The translations under genes and the position numbers were made by a program. From Armatimonadota bacterium (GTDB lineage Bacteria; Sysuimicrobiota; Sysuimicrobiia; Sysuimicrobiales; Kaftiobacteriaceae): 64,000 bases of DNA. This document shows positions 37,971-47,279 of this stretch, one piece after another. The stretch covers positions 71,323-135,322 of the forward strand of contig JBBIUY010000004.1 of NCBI GenBank assembly GCA_037440005.1, written 5' to 3'. Numbering within the stretch: the stretch's first letter is position 1; each line of letters begins with the position of its first letter. Under the pieces are notes generated by a model, which was not told the DNA's origin, did no database searches, and was given only the letters and a program-made list of their open reading frames with translations.

Positions 37971-39241
37971 CCGACCGGGAACTGATCGCCGGAGCCGAGG
38001 CGGTCCTGCGCGGCAACGACCTGGGCGACTACACCGCCCCCAGCCCCCGGCTGTACCCCCACCAGTGGAACTGGGACAGCGCCTTCGCCGCCATCGGGTG
38101 GGCGCATGTCGACTGGGATCGGGCGACGCAGGAGGTGGCGTCCCTGCTGCGGGGCCAGTGGACCGACGGCTGCCTGCCCCACATCCGCTACACCCCCCGG
38201 GCGCCCGCCGGATACCAGCCAGACCCCGAGTGGTGGCCCGGGGTGCCGGTCCGCCGGCCCGGCGAACGCACCAGCGGCATCTCCCAGCCTCCGGTGCTGC
38301 CCACGGCGGTCCGGATCGTGGGCGGGATGCGCCCGTCCGCCTGCCGGAGCTGGTGGGCGGAGGTGTGGGAGCCCCTGCGGGACCTGGTGCGGTACTACCT
38401 GGCCCGGCGCACGGTCGGCCGGCATCCCCTGATCGTCGTCATCCACCCCTGGGAAAGCGGCACCGACAACAGTCCCCGGTGGGACTTCGTCGTCGGGCGA
38501 GGGCTGCGCCCCGCGCGGCCGTACCGCCGGGAGGACACGGCCGTGGTGGAGGCCGGCCAACGTCCCACCGACCGCGACTACGACCTGTACTACGCGCTGG
38601 TGGAGAGGATCGTCGAGTCGGGGTACGACCTGCGCCGCCTGCTGTCCCGCACGCCCTTTGCGGTGTACGACGCGCTGTTCAACGCGGTCTGGTACCGGGC
38701 CGCCCGGGACCTCAACCACATGGCCGCCGCCCTGGGCCGCCCGCCGGCGGTGGAGGCCGAGGTCCTGGCGGAGTTCGCCGACGCCTACCGGCGGACCCTG
38801 TGGCGCGCCTCGTCCGGCCTGTTTGCCGACTACGACCTGATCTCGGGCGCCCCGATCGTCGCCGACACGGTGGCCGGGCTGGCGGCGGTCTACGGGGGGC
38901 TGGTGGACGCGTCCGAGGCCGGCCGCCTGGTGGACCGTTACGCCGCCCGGTGCGCCGGCTGCCTGCCGCTGCCGTCGGTGCCCCCCGACCAGGCGGGATT
39001 CGAGCCGGACCGGTACTGGAGGGGGCCGGTGTGGGTGAACATCAACTGGATGCTCATCCGGGGGCTGGAGGACATGGGGCTGCGCGACCGGGCCGCCGCC
39101 CTGGCCGCCGCCACCGTGGATATGGTGCGCCGGGGCGGGTGGCATGAGTATTTCCACCCCTACACCGGAGCCGGCCTGGGGGCCGACGGCTTTTGCTGGA
39201 CGGCCGCCCTGACCCTGGACCTGCTCCTACGGCCCCCCTGA
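37967..39241 (+). CDS. GH63-type glycoside hydrolase (mannosylglycerate/glucosylglycerate hydrolase-like)
   Basis: LYPHQWNWDSAF, SGISQPP, HPWESGTDNSPRWD, YWRGPVWVNINW, EYFHP..G.GLG..FCWTAAL. Confidence 0.88.
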   Translation: MTDRELIAGAEAVLRGNDLGDYTAPSPRLYPHQWNWDSAFAAIGWAHVDWDRATQEVASLLRGQWTDGCLPHIRYTPRAPAGYQPDPEWWPGVPVRRPGERTSGISQPPVLPTAVRIVGGMRPSACRSWWAEVWEPLRDLVRYYLARRTVGRHPLIVVIHPWESGTDNSPRWDFVVGRGLRPARPYRREDTAVVEAGQRPTDRDYDLYYALVERIVESGYDLRRLLSRTPFAVYDALFNAVWYRAARDLNHMAAALGRPPAVEAEVLAEFADAYRRTLWRASSGLFADYDLISGAPIVADTVAGLAAVYGGLVDASEAGRLVDRYAARCAGCLPLPSVPPDQAGFEPDRYWRGPVWVNINWMLIRGLEDMGLRDRAAALAAATVDMVRRGGWHEYFHPYTGAGLGADGFCWTAALTLDLLLRPP

Positions 39242-39300
39242 GACCGGGCACAGGACCGGAGGACACGGAAGCTCCCGGATCGAGCGCGCTGTCCCGTCCC

Positions 39301-39849
39301 TCAGGGCGCCTCGAAGAGGATGCGTCCGGTGGACTCCTCGAACAGCCACAGCCGGGGCACACCCCCGGACAGGACCTTCAAGCCGATGCGGGGCCGGGCC
39401 AGCTCGTCGAACAGCCACAGGCCCGGTTCGTCCTGGTGGGTGATCCACAGGCCGGCCCGGGGCCGGCCGGCGGCGTCGGCGATCTGCACCTCCGCCGCCC
39501 TCTCGTATCCGGCCCGCAGCAGCAGCCGCGGCTGGCCGCCGGAGTCGGACAGGACCAGTTCGGGGTTGCCCTGCAGCCCCAGGGCCAGGGACAGGCGGCG
39601 GCGCCCGTCGGTGTCGTAGAAGACCAGGGCAGGCCGGCGCCCGGCGGCGTCCAGGACCGCCCTGACCCGTCCGGTGGCGTCCACGATCTCCACCGCCGCC
39701 GCGCGCACCACCGGGACCGGGGCGGCGCCGGCCGCTCGCCTCTCCAGCAGTCCTGGCGCGGTGAGCGCCCACAGGACGGCCGCCGCCGCCACGATCCCCT
39801 CCAGCCGCCGGATCCGCCGTGTGAGTGCAGCCGCCTCGCGCGTCTCCAT
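39301..39849 (-). CDS. Hypothetical membrane-anchored protein with about six ~24-aa beta repeats
   Basis: GGAG SD; N-terminal TM segment; repeated hhhhDxxGRxRhxL motif. Confidence 0.8.
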   Translation of the reverse strand: METREAAALTRRIRRLEGIVAAAAVLWALTAPGLLERRAAGAAPVPVVRAAAVEIVDATGRVRAVLDAAGRRPALVFYDTDGRRRLSLALGLQGNPELVLSDSGGQPRLLLRAGYERAAEVQIADAAGRPRAGLWITHQDEPGLWLFDELARPRIGLKVLSGGVPRLWLFEESTGRILFEAP

Positions 39850-39977
39850 GGGATCTCCCTCCCCCCGGGATATGCGCCGGGCGGCGCGGGGGATTCCTGT
39901 CGGGCGTCAAGGATGACCGGTGCGGGCGCGTCGAAAGGTCTGGATCGCGTCCGGGGGCTGGGGGCGGGGAGACGGCG

Positions 39978-40421
39978 ATGCGGGCGGTGGTCCAGCGCGT
40001 CGAGCGGGCGGCGGTGCGGGTGGAGGGAGAGGAGGTGGCCCGCATCGGGGAAGGGTGCGTGGTCCTGGTGGGCGTCGGCGTGGACGACACCGCCGACGAC
40101 GCCCGCGCCCTCGCCCACAAGGTCGCCCACCTGCGCATCTTCGACGACGACCAGGGCAAGCTCAACCGCAGCGTGCTGGACGTCGGCGGGGAAGTCCTCT
40201 CCGTGTCCCAGTTCACCCTGTACGGCGACACCTCCGGGGGCCGGCGGCCCAGCTTCATCCGGGCGGCGCCGCCGGAGCGCGCCGAGCCGCTGTACCAGGC
40301 GTTCAACCGCCACCTGGAGGCCCTGGGCGTGCCGGTCCGGACCGGGCGCTTCGGGGCCCGGATGGTGGTGGAGATCCACAACCGGGGACCGGTGACGCTG
40401 ATCCTGGACACCCGCCCGTGA
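39978..40421 (+). CDS. dtd: D-aminoacyl-tRNA deacylase
   Basis: [22 protein letters not shown], NxGPVT. Confidence 0.96.
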   Translation: MRAVVQRVERAAVRVEGEEVARIGEGCVVLVGVGVDDTADDARALAHKVAHLRIFDDDQGKLNRSVLDVGGEVLSVSQFTLYGDTSGGRRPSFIRAAPPERAEPLYQAFNRHLEALGVPVRTGRFGARMVVEIHNRGPVTLILDTRP

Positions 40422-41128
40422 GCGAGGTACTGCTGGACCTCACCATCGCCACCCAGACCGTGCTGCACCTGGCGGTGCGCGCCGAGGCCGCCCAGACGCG
40501 CCTGCCGCCGCCCTGGCAGGTGGCGCCGGTGGCCGGGGGCGCCTCCCGCGGCGCGAACCTGGCGGTGATCTTCACCGACGCGCTGCTGCGCACCGACGCC
40601 TCCGGCCAGCCGGCCGCCGACGCGGTCAGCCGGTCCATCAGGCTGGCGGTGCCGGCCCGCCATGCCCTGACCGGGGAGGAGGCGGGGTTCAACATCCGCA
40701 CCTACACCGCCCACCCCCGGGGGGTCCCGGGTCCGTACCGGACCGGGAGGCTGGGGTCGGTGATCCGGGAGTACTACGCCAAGGGGACCGACGCCTCGGC
40801 CACGGTCACCGAGCACGTCCGCTTCCGGGACCCCGCCGGCGGCTCGGTGGAACTGCAGCTCCAGTACCGGCGCGGGGTCCCGGTGCACGTGGTGAGCCGG
40901 GGGGCCGTCCGGTCGGCGGCCGACCCGGGCATCGTGCGGGTGTACCGGGTCCACGAGCTGGTGGACGTGGTCCGCAGCGTCCCCCAGAACATCGACCGGG
41001 TCCTCAGCTACCAGCTGCGGGTGACCGTCGCCGACCTGGCCGACGTCTTTGACGGTTCGGAGAGGCTGGTCAGCATCACGGTGGTCCCCTGGTGCGTGCG
41101 GCAGGCCTACGGTCCGGCCCCGGGGTGA
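40418..41128 (+). CDS. Hypothetical protein (beta-rich)
   Basis: GTG overlaps the dtd TGA; GC3-rich open frame. Confidence 0.72.
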   Translation: MSEVLLDLTIATQTVLHLAVRAEAAQTRLPPPWQVAPVAGGASRGANLAVIFTDALLRTDASGQPAADAVSRSIRLAVPARHALTGEEAGFNIRTYTAHPRGVPGPYRTGRLGSVIREYYAKGTDASATVTEHVRFRDPAGGSVELQLQYRRGVPVHVVSRGAVRSAADPGIVRVYRVHELVDVVRSVPQNIDRVLSYQLRVTVADLADVFDGSERLVSITVVPWCVRQAYGPAPG

Positions 41129-41162
41129 GAGACCTGCGAGATTCCTCGCCGGGGTTCCGCCG

Positions 41163-41191
41163 TTGACACCGCCGGAAGGCGCTTTTATACT
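41163..41191 (+). promoter_or_regulatory. Sigma-70/SigA promoter of thrS
   Basis: TTGACA-N17-TATACT. Confidence 0.88.
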
Positions 41192-41199
41192 GCCTCACA

Positions 41200-41463
41200 C
41201 AGGCGATGACGGGGACATGCCCGTCGGCCCGGCGCCGGCGCGAGAGAGGGAGGCCGCGGGTGCAAGCCTCCTCCGGCGACCCGACGGGTACCGCCCCGAA
41301 GCTGCGGCTCCCACCGCCCCCGCGCGCCGCCGGCCAGGCGGGCGGGGCGCCAGGGCCGCCGGGTTCCCTCCGAGATCGGGGAAGGTGAGAGCCGACCCGG
41401 ACCTCCGGGCGGAAGCAGGGTGGAACCGCGGGCAAACCCGTCCCATGCAGGGACGGGTTTTTT
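41200..41463 (+). promoter_or_regulatory. T-box riboswitch leader (Thr)
   Basis: Stem I with AGAGA bulge and GGTGCAA loop; probable ACC specifier at 41290-41292; T-box AGCAGGGTGGAACCGCG (TGGAACC at 41421-41427); overlapping terminator. Confidence 0.9.
41434..41463 (+). terminator. T-box attenuator terminator
   Basis: AAACCCGTCCC-atgca-GGGACGGGTTT-TTT. Confidence 0.88.
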
Positions 41464-41479
41464 GATGGAGGGAGCGGAC

Positions 41480-43399
41480 GTGGCGCAGATCCGGGTGACG
41501 TTGTCCGACGGGCGGGTGAAGACCTATCCCCGGGGGGTCTCCCTGGCCGAGATCGCCGGGGATGCGGGCGTCCCCGACGCCCTGGTGGCGCGGGTGGACG
41601 GCGTCCTCCAGGACCTGTCGGTCCGGCTGGACCGGGACGCCCGGGTGGACCTGCTGACCTTCGACGACCCCCAGGGCCGGGAGGTCTACTGGCACTCCTC
41701 CGCCCACCTGCTGGCCCAGGCGGTCAAGGAGCTGTTTCCCCACGCCAAACTGGCCATCGGGCCCCCCATCGAGGATGGCTTCTACTACGACATCGACGTG
41801 GGCCGCCCGCTGACTCCCGAGGACCTGCAGCGGCTGGAGGACCGCATGCGGGAGCTGGCCGCCCGCGACCAGCCCATCGAACGGGTGGAGATCCCGCGGG
41901 AGGAGGCCCTGCGCCTGTACCAGCAGATGGGGGAGACCTACAAGCTGGAGCTGCTGGAGGGGATCCCCGACCCCCGGGTCTCCTTCTACCGGCAGGACGG
42001 CTTTTTGGACATGTGCCGGGGACCTCACCTGCCCCGGACGGGCCTGATCCGGGCCGTCAAACTGCTGGGCGTGGCCGGGGCCTACTGGCGGGGCGACGAG
42101 CGACGGGAGATGCTGCAGCGGATCTACGGCATCTCCTTCCCGCGGCCGGAGATGCTGGAGGCGCACCTGCAGCGCCTGGAGGAGGCCCGCCGCCGCGACC
42201 ACCGGCGGCTGGGGCGGGAGCTGGACCTGTTCAGCATCAGCGACGAGGTCGGGCCGGGCCTGGTCCTGTGGCATCCCCGGGGGGCGCTGGTCCGCCGCCT
42301 GATCGAGGAGTTCCTGCGCCAGGAGCTGGACCGCCGGGGCTACCAGTGGGTGTACACCCCCCACGTGGCCCGCCAGCACCTGTGGGAGCGCAGCGGGCAC
42401 ATGGCGTGGTACGCCGAGAACATGTTCGCGGGCATGGAGATCGACCAGCAGAAGTACCTGGTCAAGCCCATGAACTGCCCGTTCCACATCATGATCTACG
42501 CGAGCCGCACCCGCAGCTACCGGGAGCTGCCGGTGCGGCTGGCGGAGATCGGCACGGTGTACCGGTACGAGCGGTCGGGCGTCCTGCACGGCCTGCTGCG
42601 GGTGCGGATGATCTCCCAGGACGACGCCCACATCTTCGCCCGGCCCGACCAGATCGGCTCGGAGATCGCCGACCTGATGGACCTGGCCCTGGCGGTGCTG
42701 GGGGCGTTCGGGTTCCAGCGGTACGAGGTCATGCTGTCGGTGCGCGATCCCGCCCGCCCGGAGAAGTTCGCCGGGCGGCCGGAGGTGTGGGACCAGGCGG
42801 AGGCGGCCCTGGAGGAGGCCCTGCGCCGCCGGGGGACGCCCTACCGACGGGCCGAGGGGGAGGCGAACTTCTACGGCCCCAAGATCGACATCTTCATGTA
42901 CGACGCCCTGGGCCGCCGGTGGCAGCTCACCACCATCCAGCTGGACTTCGTGCTGCCCGAACGGTTCGACCTGTCCTACATGGGAGAGGACGGCCAGCAG
43001 CACCGCCCGGTGCTGATCCACCGGGCGATCCTGGGCTCTCTGGAGCGCTTTTTGGGCATCCTCATCGAGCACTACGCCGGGGCGTTTCCCCTGTGGCTGG
43101 CGCCGGTGCAGGTCCGCGTCCTGCCCGTCACCGACCGCCACCTGCCCTACGCCCGGCGGGTCGCCCGGCTCCTGGCCGAGCAGGGCCTGCGGGCGGAAGT
43201 GGACGACAGCAGCGAGAGGATCGGCTACAAGGTCCGCCGCGGTCAGCTGGAGCACGTCCCCTACATGCTGGTGGTGGGCGACCGGGAGGTCGGCAGCGAC
43301 CAGGTGGCGGTGCGCAGCCGGTCCGCCGGCGACCTGGGACCCATGAGCCTGGACAGGTTCCTGGAGCGCATCCGGGACGACCTGGCGGCGCGGCGGTAG
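41480..43399 (+). CDS. thrS: Threonine--tRNA ligase
   Basis: TGS domain; HSSAH and DMCRGPH editing motifs; RDHRRLG; KPMNCPFH; YRYERSG; IHRAILGSLERF; GGAGG SD. Confidence 0.98.
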   Translation: MAQIRVTLSDGRVKTYPRGVSLAEIAGDAGVPDALVARVDGVLQDLSVRLDRDARVDLLTFDDPQGREVYWHSSAHLLAQAVKELFPHAKLAIGPPIEDGFYYDIDVGRPLTPEDLQRLEDRMRELAARDQPIERVEIPREEALRLYQQMGETYKLELLEGIPDPRVSFYRQDGFLDMCRGPHLPRTGLIRAVKLLGVAGAYWRGDERREMLQRIYGISFPRPEMLEAHLQRLEEARRRDHRRLGRELDLFSISDEVGPGLVLWHPRGALVRRLIEEFLRQELDRRGYQWVYTPHVARQHLWERSGHMAWYAENMFAGMEIDQQKYLVKPMNCPFHIMIYASRTRSYRELPVRLAEIGTVYRYERSGVLHGLLRVRMISQDDAHIFARPDQIGSEIADLMDLALAVLGAFGFQRYEVMLSVRDPARPEKFAGRPEVWDQAEAALEEALRRRGTPYRRAEGEANFYGPKIDIFMYDALGRRWQLTTIQLDFVLPERFDLSYMGEDGQQHRPVLIHRAILGSLERFLGILIEHYAGAFPLWLAPVQVRVLPVTDRHLPYARRVARLLAEQGLRAEVDDSSERIGYKVRRGQLEHVPYMLVVGDREVGSDQVAVRSRSAGDLGPMSLDRFLERIRDDLAARR

Positions 43400-43491
43400 G
43401 ATAGCCCGGGCGGGTCATAGCGACGCCGCCGGGTGCGGGGGATAATCGGCGCCGCGGGGCTCCAGCGCTACGGGCCGCTCCGCAGACCGGC

Positions 43492-45855
43492 ATGTCCCGC
43501 CCGCTCGCGCGGCTGGCAGCGGCATTTGCCCTGGGCGTGGCCCTGGGGCGGTTCAGCGCTCTGACGCCGTGGGCGTGGGCGGGGGCCCTGGGGCTTGCCG
43601 GCGGGGCGGCGGCGGCGAGCGTGGCCGCCGGCCGGTCCGCCGCCGTTCTTTTTCCTCTGGCCGCCGTCGGGGCCGGAGGGCTGTGGCTGCGCGTACACGA
43701 GCAGCCTCCGGTCTCCCCGTCGCTGCGGGAGGCGGCGGGCCACAGGGTCGTCCTCACCGGTACGGTGGTGGGCCCGGTCCGGGTCACCTCCGCGGGCACG
43801 CGGGCGGTGGTGGCCGCCTCCGCCGTGGGGACCGCACAGGACCTCCGGCCGGCGTACGGACGGGTCCTGGTCTACTCCCGGGGGTCCCCCACGGTCCGCT
43901 ACGGGGACCGGGTGCGGGTGCGCGGTCTTCTGGTGCGGCCTCCACCGGCCGGCAACCCGGGCGAGTTCTCCTACCGGGACTACCTGGCCGCACGGGGCGT
44001 GGCGCTCCTCCTGTACGCCGGCCCCGCGTCGGTGGAGGTGCAGGGCCGCGGGCGGGCCAACCCCCTGGTGTCTGCGGCCGGCGCCCTTCGCCACCGCATG
44101 ACCGCCGTCCTGCGGGAGGCCCTGCCCGGCCGTCGGGGCGCGATCTTGACCAGCCTGCTGCTGGGCGACGACGGCGCCCTGGACCAGCCCACCGTCGACG
44201 CGTTCACCCGCGCGGGGTTGCTGCACGTGCTGGTGGTGTCCGGCGCGCAGATCGGCCTCGTCCTGGCCGCGGTGTCGTGGCCGGTGCGCCTGCTGCGACC
44301 GCCGCCTCTGGTGGCGGCCGCGGTGGCGGCCGCGGCGGTGGCGTTCTTTGCGGTGATGGCGGGGTGGGTGCCGTCGGTGGCCCGGGCTGCGGTGGGAGCC
44401 CTGGCCGCTCTGGCCGCCGGCGCCGCGGGCCGGCCCGCCGACGCCGTCGGAGGGCTCGCCCTGGCCGCCCTGGTTTTGCTGGTGACCTCGCCCCTGCTGC
44501 TGTTTGACGCCGGGGCGCAGCTGTCGTTTGCCGCCACGTGGGCGCTGGTGACCCTGGCGCCGGCGGTGGCGTCTCGGCTGCCGGGCCCGCGGCCGGTCCG
44601 CACGCTGGTGGCCGCAAGCCTGTGCGCCCAGGCGGCCGTGGCACCGCTGCTGGCCTATCACTTCCAGCAGATTCCCCTGGCGGGCCTGCTGGCCAACGTG
44701 GCGGCGCTGCCGCTGGTGGCGGTGCTGGTGCCGGTCGGATTCGCAGTCGGCTGCGCCGGGGCGGTGGCGCCCGTGGTGGCACAGGCGGCCGCCCCCCTGG
44801 TCGCCCTTGCCCTGGACGCCCTGTGGACCGTGGCGTCGGTGGCGAGCCGGCTTCCCCTGGCCACCGTCGCCGTGCCCCCGCCGTCCGCGACGGCCGTGGG
44901 GGCCTGTTACCTCCTGCTGGTCCTGCTCGCGGCCCGGGCCCGCGGGGGTGTGCGGCCACCTATGGGCTGGGTGGCGGCGGCGGGGGCGGTGGCCCTGGCG
45001 GTGGCGGTCTGGGCGCGTTTGGTGGCCGCCGCCGCGCCGCCCCACCTGGTGGTCACGTTCCTGGACGTGGGGCAGGGGGACGCCATCGTGGTGCGCAGCC
45101 CCGCAGGCCGGATCCTCCTGGTGGACGGCGGCGGGGAGGTGGAAGGGCACCTCACCGGCTACGACGTGGGCGCCCGGCGCGTCGTCCCCGCGCTGCGGCG
45201 CCAGGGCGTGCGGTCGGTGGACGTGGTGGTGCTGACCCACGCCCACGAGGACCACGTCGGAGGACTCCCCGCCGTCGTCCAGAACTTCCCGGTAGGTCTG
45301 GTCCTGGACGCGGGCGTGGTCCATCCGGCGCCGTCGTACCCCCGCTTTCTGTGGGTGGTGCGGGCCCGGGGGCTGGCCACCCTCCGCGCCCGCCGGGGCG
45401 GGCGCGTGGAGCTGGGCGGGGGAGCGGTGGCGGCCATCCTGAACCCGCCCGAGCCCCCGCTGGAGGGCACCGGATCGGACGTCAACGTCAACTCGGTGGT
45501 CCTGCGCGTGAGGTACGGTGCGGTGAGCCTGCTGCTGACCGGCGACATCGAGGCGCTCACGGAAGCGCGCCTGGTGGACGAGGCCCGCGACCTGCGCAGC
45601 GCGGTGCTCAAGGTGGCCCACCACGGCAGCGCCACCAGCAGCTCGCCGGAGTTCCTGCAGGCCGTCTCCCCGCAGGTGGCGGTGATCTCCGTCGGCGCCC
45701 GCAACCCTTTCGGCCACCCCCACCCCTCCGCGGTGGACGCCCTGCGGGCCGCCGGAGCCGCCGTCTACCGCACCGACCGGCACGGGGCGGTCACCGTGGT
45801 CACCGACGGCCGCCTGCTGTGGGTCCGCCCCGCGCGACATGCCCCAGACCCCTGA
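43492..45855 (+). CDS. comEC: DNA internalization competence protein ComEC/Rec2
   Basis: NPGEFSY, GLLHVLVVSG, QLSFAAT, DVGQGDA, THAHEDHVGG, LKVAHHGS, N.FGHPH, YRTDRHG. Confidence 0.95.
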   Translation: MSRPLARLAAAFALGVALGRFSALTPWAWAGALGLAGGAAAASVAAGRSAAVLFPLAAVGAGGLWLRVHEQPPVSPSLREAAGHRVVLTGTVVGPVRVTSAGTRAVVAASAVGTAQDLRPAYGRVLVYSRGSPTVRYGDRVRVRGLLVRPPPAGNPGEFSYRDYLAARGVALLLYAGPASVEVQGRGRANPLVSAAGALRHRMTAVLREALPGRRGAILTSLLLGDDGALDQPTVDAFTRAGLLHVLVVSGAQIGLVLAAVSWPVRLLRPPPLVAAAVAAAAVAFFAVMAGWVPSVARAAVGALAALAAGAAGRPADAVGGLALAALVLLVTSPLLLFDAGAQLSFAATWALVTLAPAVASRLPGPRPVRTLVAASLCAQAAVAPLLAYHFQQIPLAGLLANVAALPLVAVLVPVGFAVGCAGAVAPVVAQAAAPLVALALDALWTVASVASRLPLATVAVPPPSATAVGACYLLLVLLAARARGGVRPPMGWVAAAGAVALAVAVWARLVAAAAPPHLVVTFLDVGQGDAIVVRSPAGRILLVDGGGEVEGHLTGYDVGARRVVPALRRQGVRSVDVVVLTHAHEDHVGGLPAVVQNFPVGLVLDAGVVHPAPSYPRFLWVVRARGLATLRARRGGRVELGGGAVAAILNPPEPPLEGTGSDVNVNSVVLRVRYGAVSLLLTGDIEALTEARLVDEARDLRSAVLKVAHHGSATSSSPEFLQAVSPQVAVISVGARNPFGHPHPSAVDALRAAGAAVYRTDRHGAVTVVTDGRLLWVRPARHAPDP

Positions 45856-45868
45856 CCGGCCGGCCGCC

Positions 45869-46885
45869 GTGACCGCCCCGGGCGCCCACGTCTACCTGCT
45901 GCACGGGGAGGAGGACCTGCTGGTCGAGCAGGCCCTGCAGGATCTGCTGGACCGGCTGATCCCTCCCCACGAGCGCGACCTGAACCTGGACGTGCTGCGC
46001 GCGGACGAGGTGGACGTGGCCGACGCCATCACCCGGGTGGACACGTTGCCGTTTTTCGGCCAGCGGCGGGTGGTGGTGATCAAGGACGTGGACGCCTGGC
46101 CCGCGCCGGACCAGGAGCGCCTGGCGGCCTACCTGGACCGGGGGCCGCCCCCTTCGGCGCTTGTCCTGGTGGCCGCTGGCCTGGACCGCCGGCGCCGCCT
46201 GTACGGCGCCGTCCGCCGGCTGGGGCAGGTCATGGAGTTTCCCCGGCTGGGGGTGCGGGAACTGCCGGCCTGGATCGCCGAGCGCGCCCGCCGGGCCGGC
46301 CGGCGGTTGGACCCCGACGCCGTGGACGTGCTGATCGCCCGGGTGGGTCCGGGCCTGAGGCAGCTCTCCCTGGAGATGGAGAAGCTGTTCGCCTACTGCG
46401 CGGGCCAGGACCGCATCACCCGGGCCGACGTCGAGGCGGCGGTGAGCCGGCAGGTGGACACCTCCATCTTTGCCCTGGTGGACGCGGTCGGCGAGCGGCG
46501 CGCCGACCGGGCCCTGGCGGCGCTGGAGGAGATCCTGCGGGAGGAGGCGCCGGCGTACGTCCTGTTCATGATCGCCCGGCAGTTCCGCCTGCTGTACCGG
46601 ACCGCGGTCCTCCTGGCCCGCCGCCGCCCGGCCGCGTCCCTGGCGGAGGCCCTGGGGGTCCCCCCGTTCGTGGCCCGGCGGCTGGTCGCCCAGGCGCGTC
46701 ACGTTCCTGTGGGAGTGTTCCCCGACATCTTCGCCCGCCTGCAGGAGACCGACCGGGCGGTCAAAAGCGCCGGCCAGGCCCGGGTGGCCCTGCAGGTGCT
46801 GGTGGCGCGTCTGTGCCTGGGCGCGCTTCCCGCCCGGGCGCCAGCCGGACGCTCCGCCGGACCCGGGGCCGGAGGACCGCGGTGA
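45869..46885 (+). CDS. holA: DNA polymerase III delta subunit
   Basis: VYLLHGEE, TLPFFGQRRVVVIK, EMEKL, IFALVDAV; follows comEC. Confidence 0.93.
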   Translation: MTAPGAHVYLLHGEEDLLVEQALQDLLDRLIPPHERDLNLDVLRADEVDVADAITRVDTLPFFGQRRVVVIKDVDAWPAPDQERLAAYLDRGPPPSALVLVAAGLDRRRRLYGAVRRLGQVMEFPRLGVRELPAWIAERARRAGRRLDPDAVDVLIARVGPGLRQLSLEMEKLFAYCAGQDRITRADVEAAVSRQVDTSIFALVDAVGERRADRALAALEEILREEAPAYVLFMIARQFRLLYRTAVLLARRRPAASLAEALGVPPFVARRLVAQARHVPVGVFPDIFARLQETDRAVKSAGQARVALQVLVARLCLGALPARAPAGRSAGPGAGGPR

Positions 46886-46919
46886 GGGATCCAGGCGGCC
46901 GGCGGCGGCCGCCGCGATG

Positions 46920-47168
46920 CTACGGCGGGAAGGGGGCAGCCAGAAGGCGGCGCATCAACCGCGACTTCTTGCGGGCCGCCTTGTTGGGGTGGATGATGCC
47001 CTTGCGCGCCGCCCGGTCGAACGCCGCCTGGACCACAGGGAGCAGGCGCGGATCGGCCAGGGCGGCCTTGGTCAGGGTCTTCAGGCGGGTCCGCACGCTC
47101 TGGTTGCGCAGCCGGCGCTTGAGCGACTTGCGCTGGTGTTTCAGTCCCGACCGCAGCCTCTTGGCCAT
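46920..47168 (-). CDS. rpsT: 30S ribosomal protein S20
   Basis: MAKRLRSGLKHQRKSLKRRLRN...DRAARKGIIHPNKAARKKSRL; GGAGG SD. Confidence 0.95.
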   Translation of the reverse strand: MAKRLRSGLKHQRKSLKRRLRNQSVRTRLKTLTKAALADPRLLPVVQAAFDRAARKGIIHPNKAARKKSRLMRRLLAAPFPP

Positions 47169-47279
47169 CGCTGCCTCCCCCGTCGCGCGCGCTGAACCGG
47201 AGGGTATGCTACCACACGCCCGTCCCGGGCCACAAGCGCGGCGTCCCTCCCGCCGCCCGGCGGCGCCGGAGTCGGGCCG

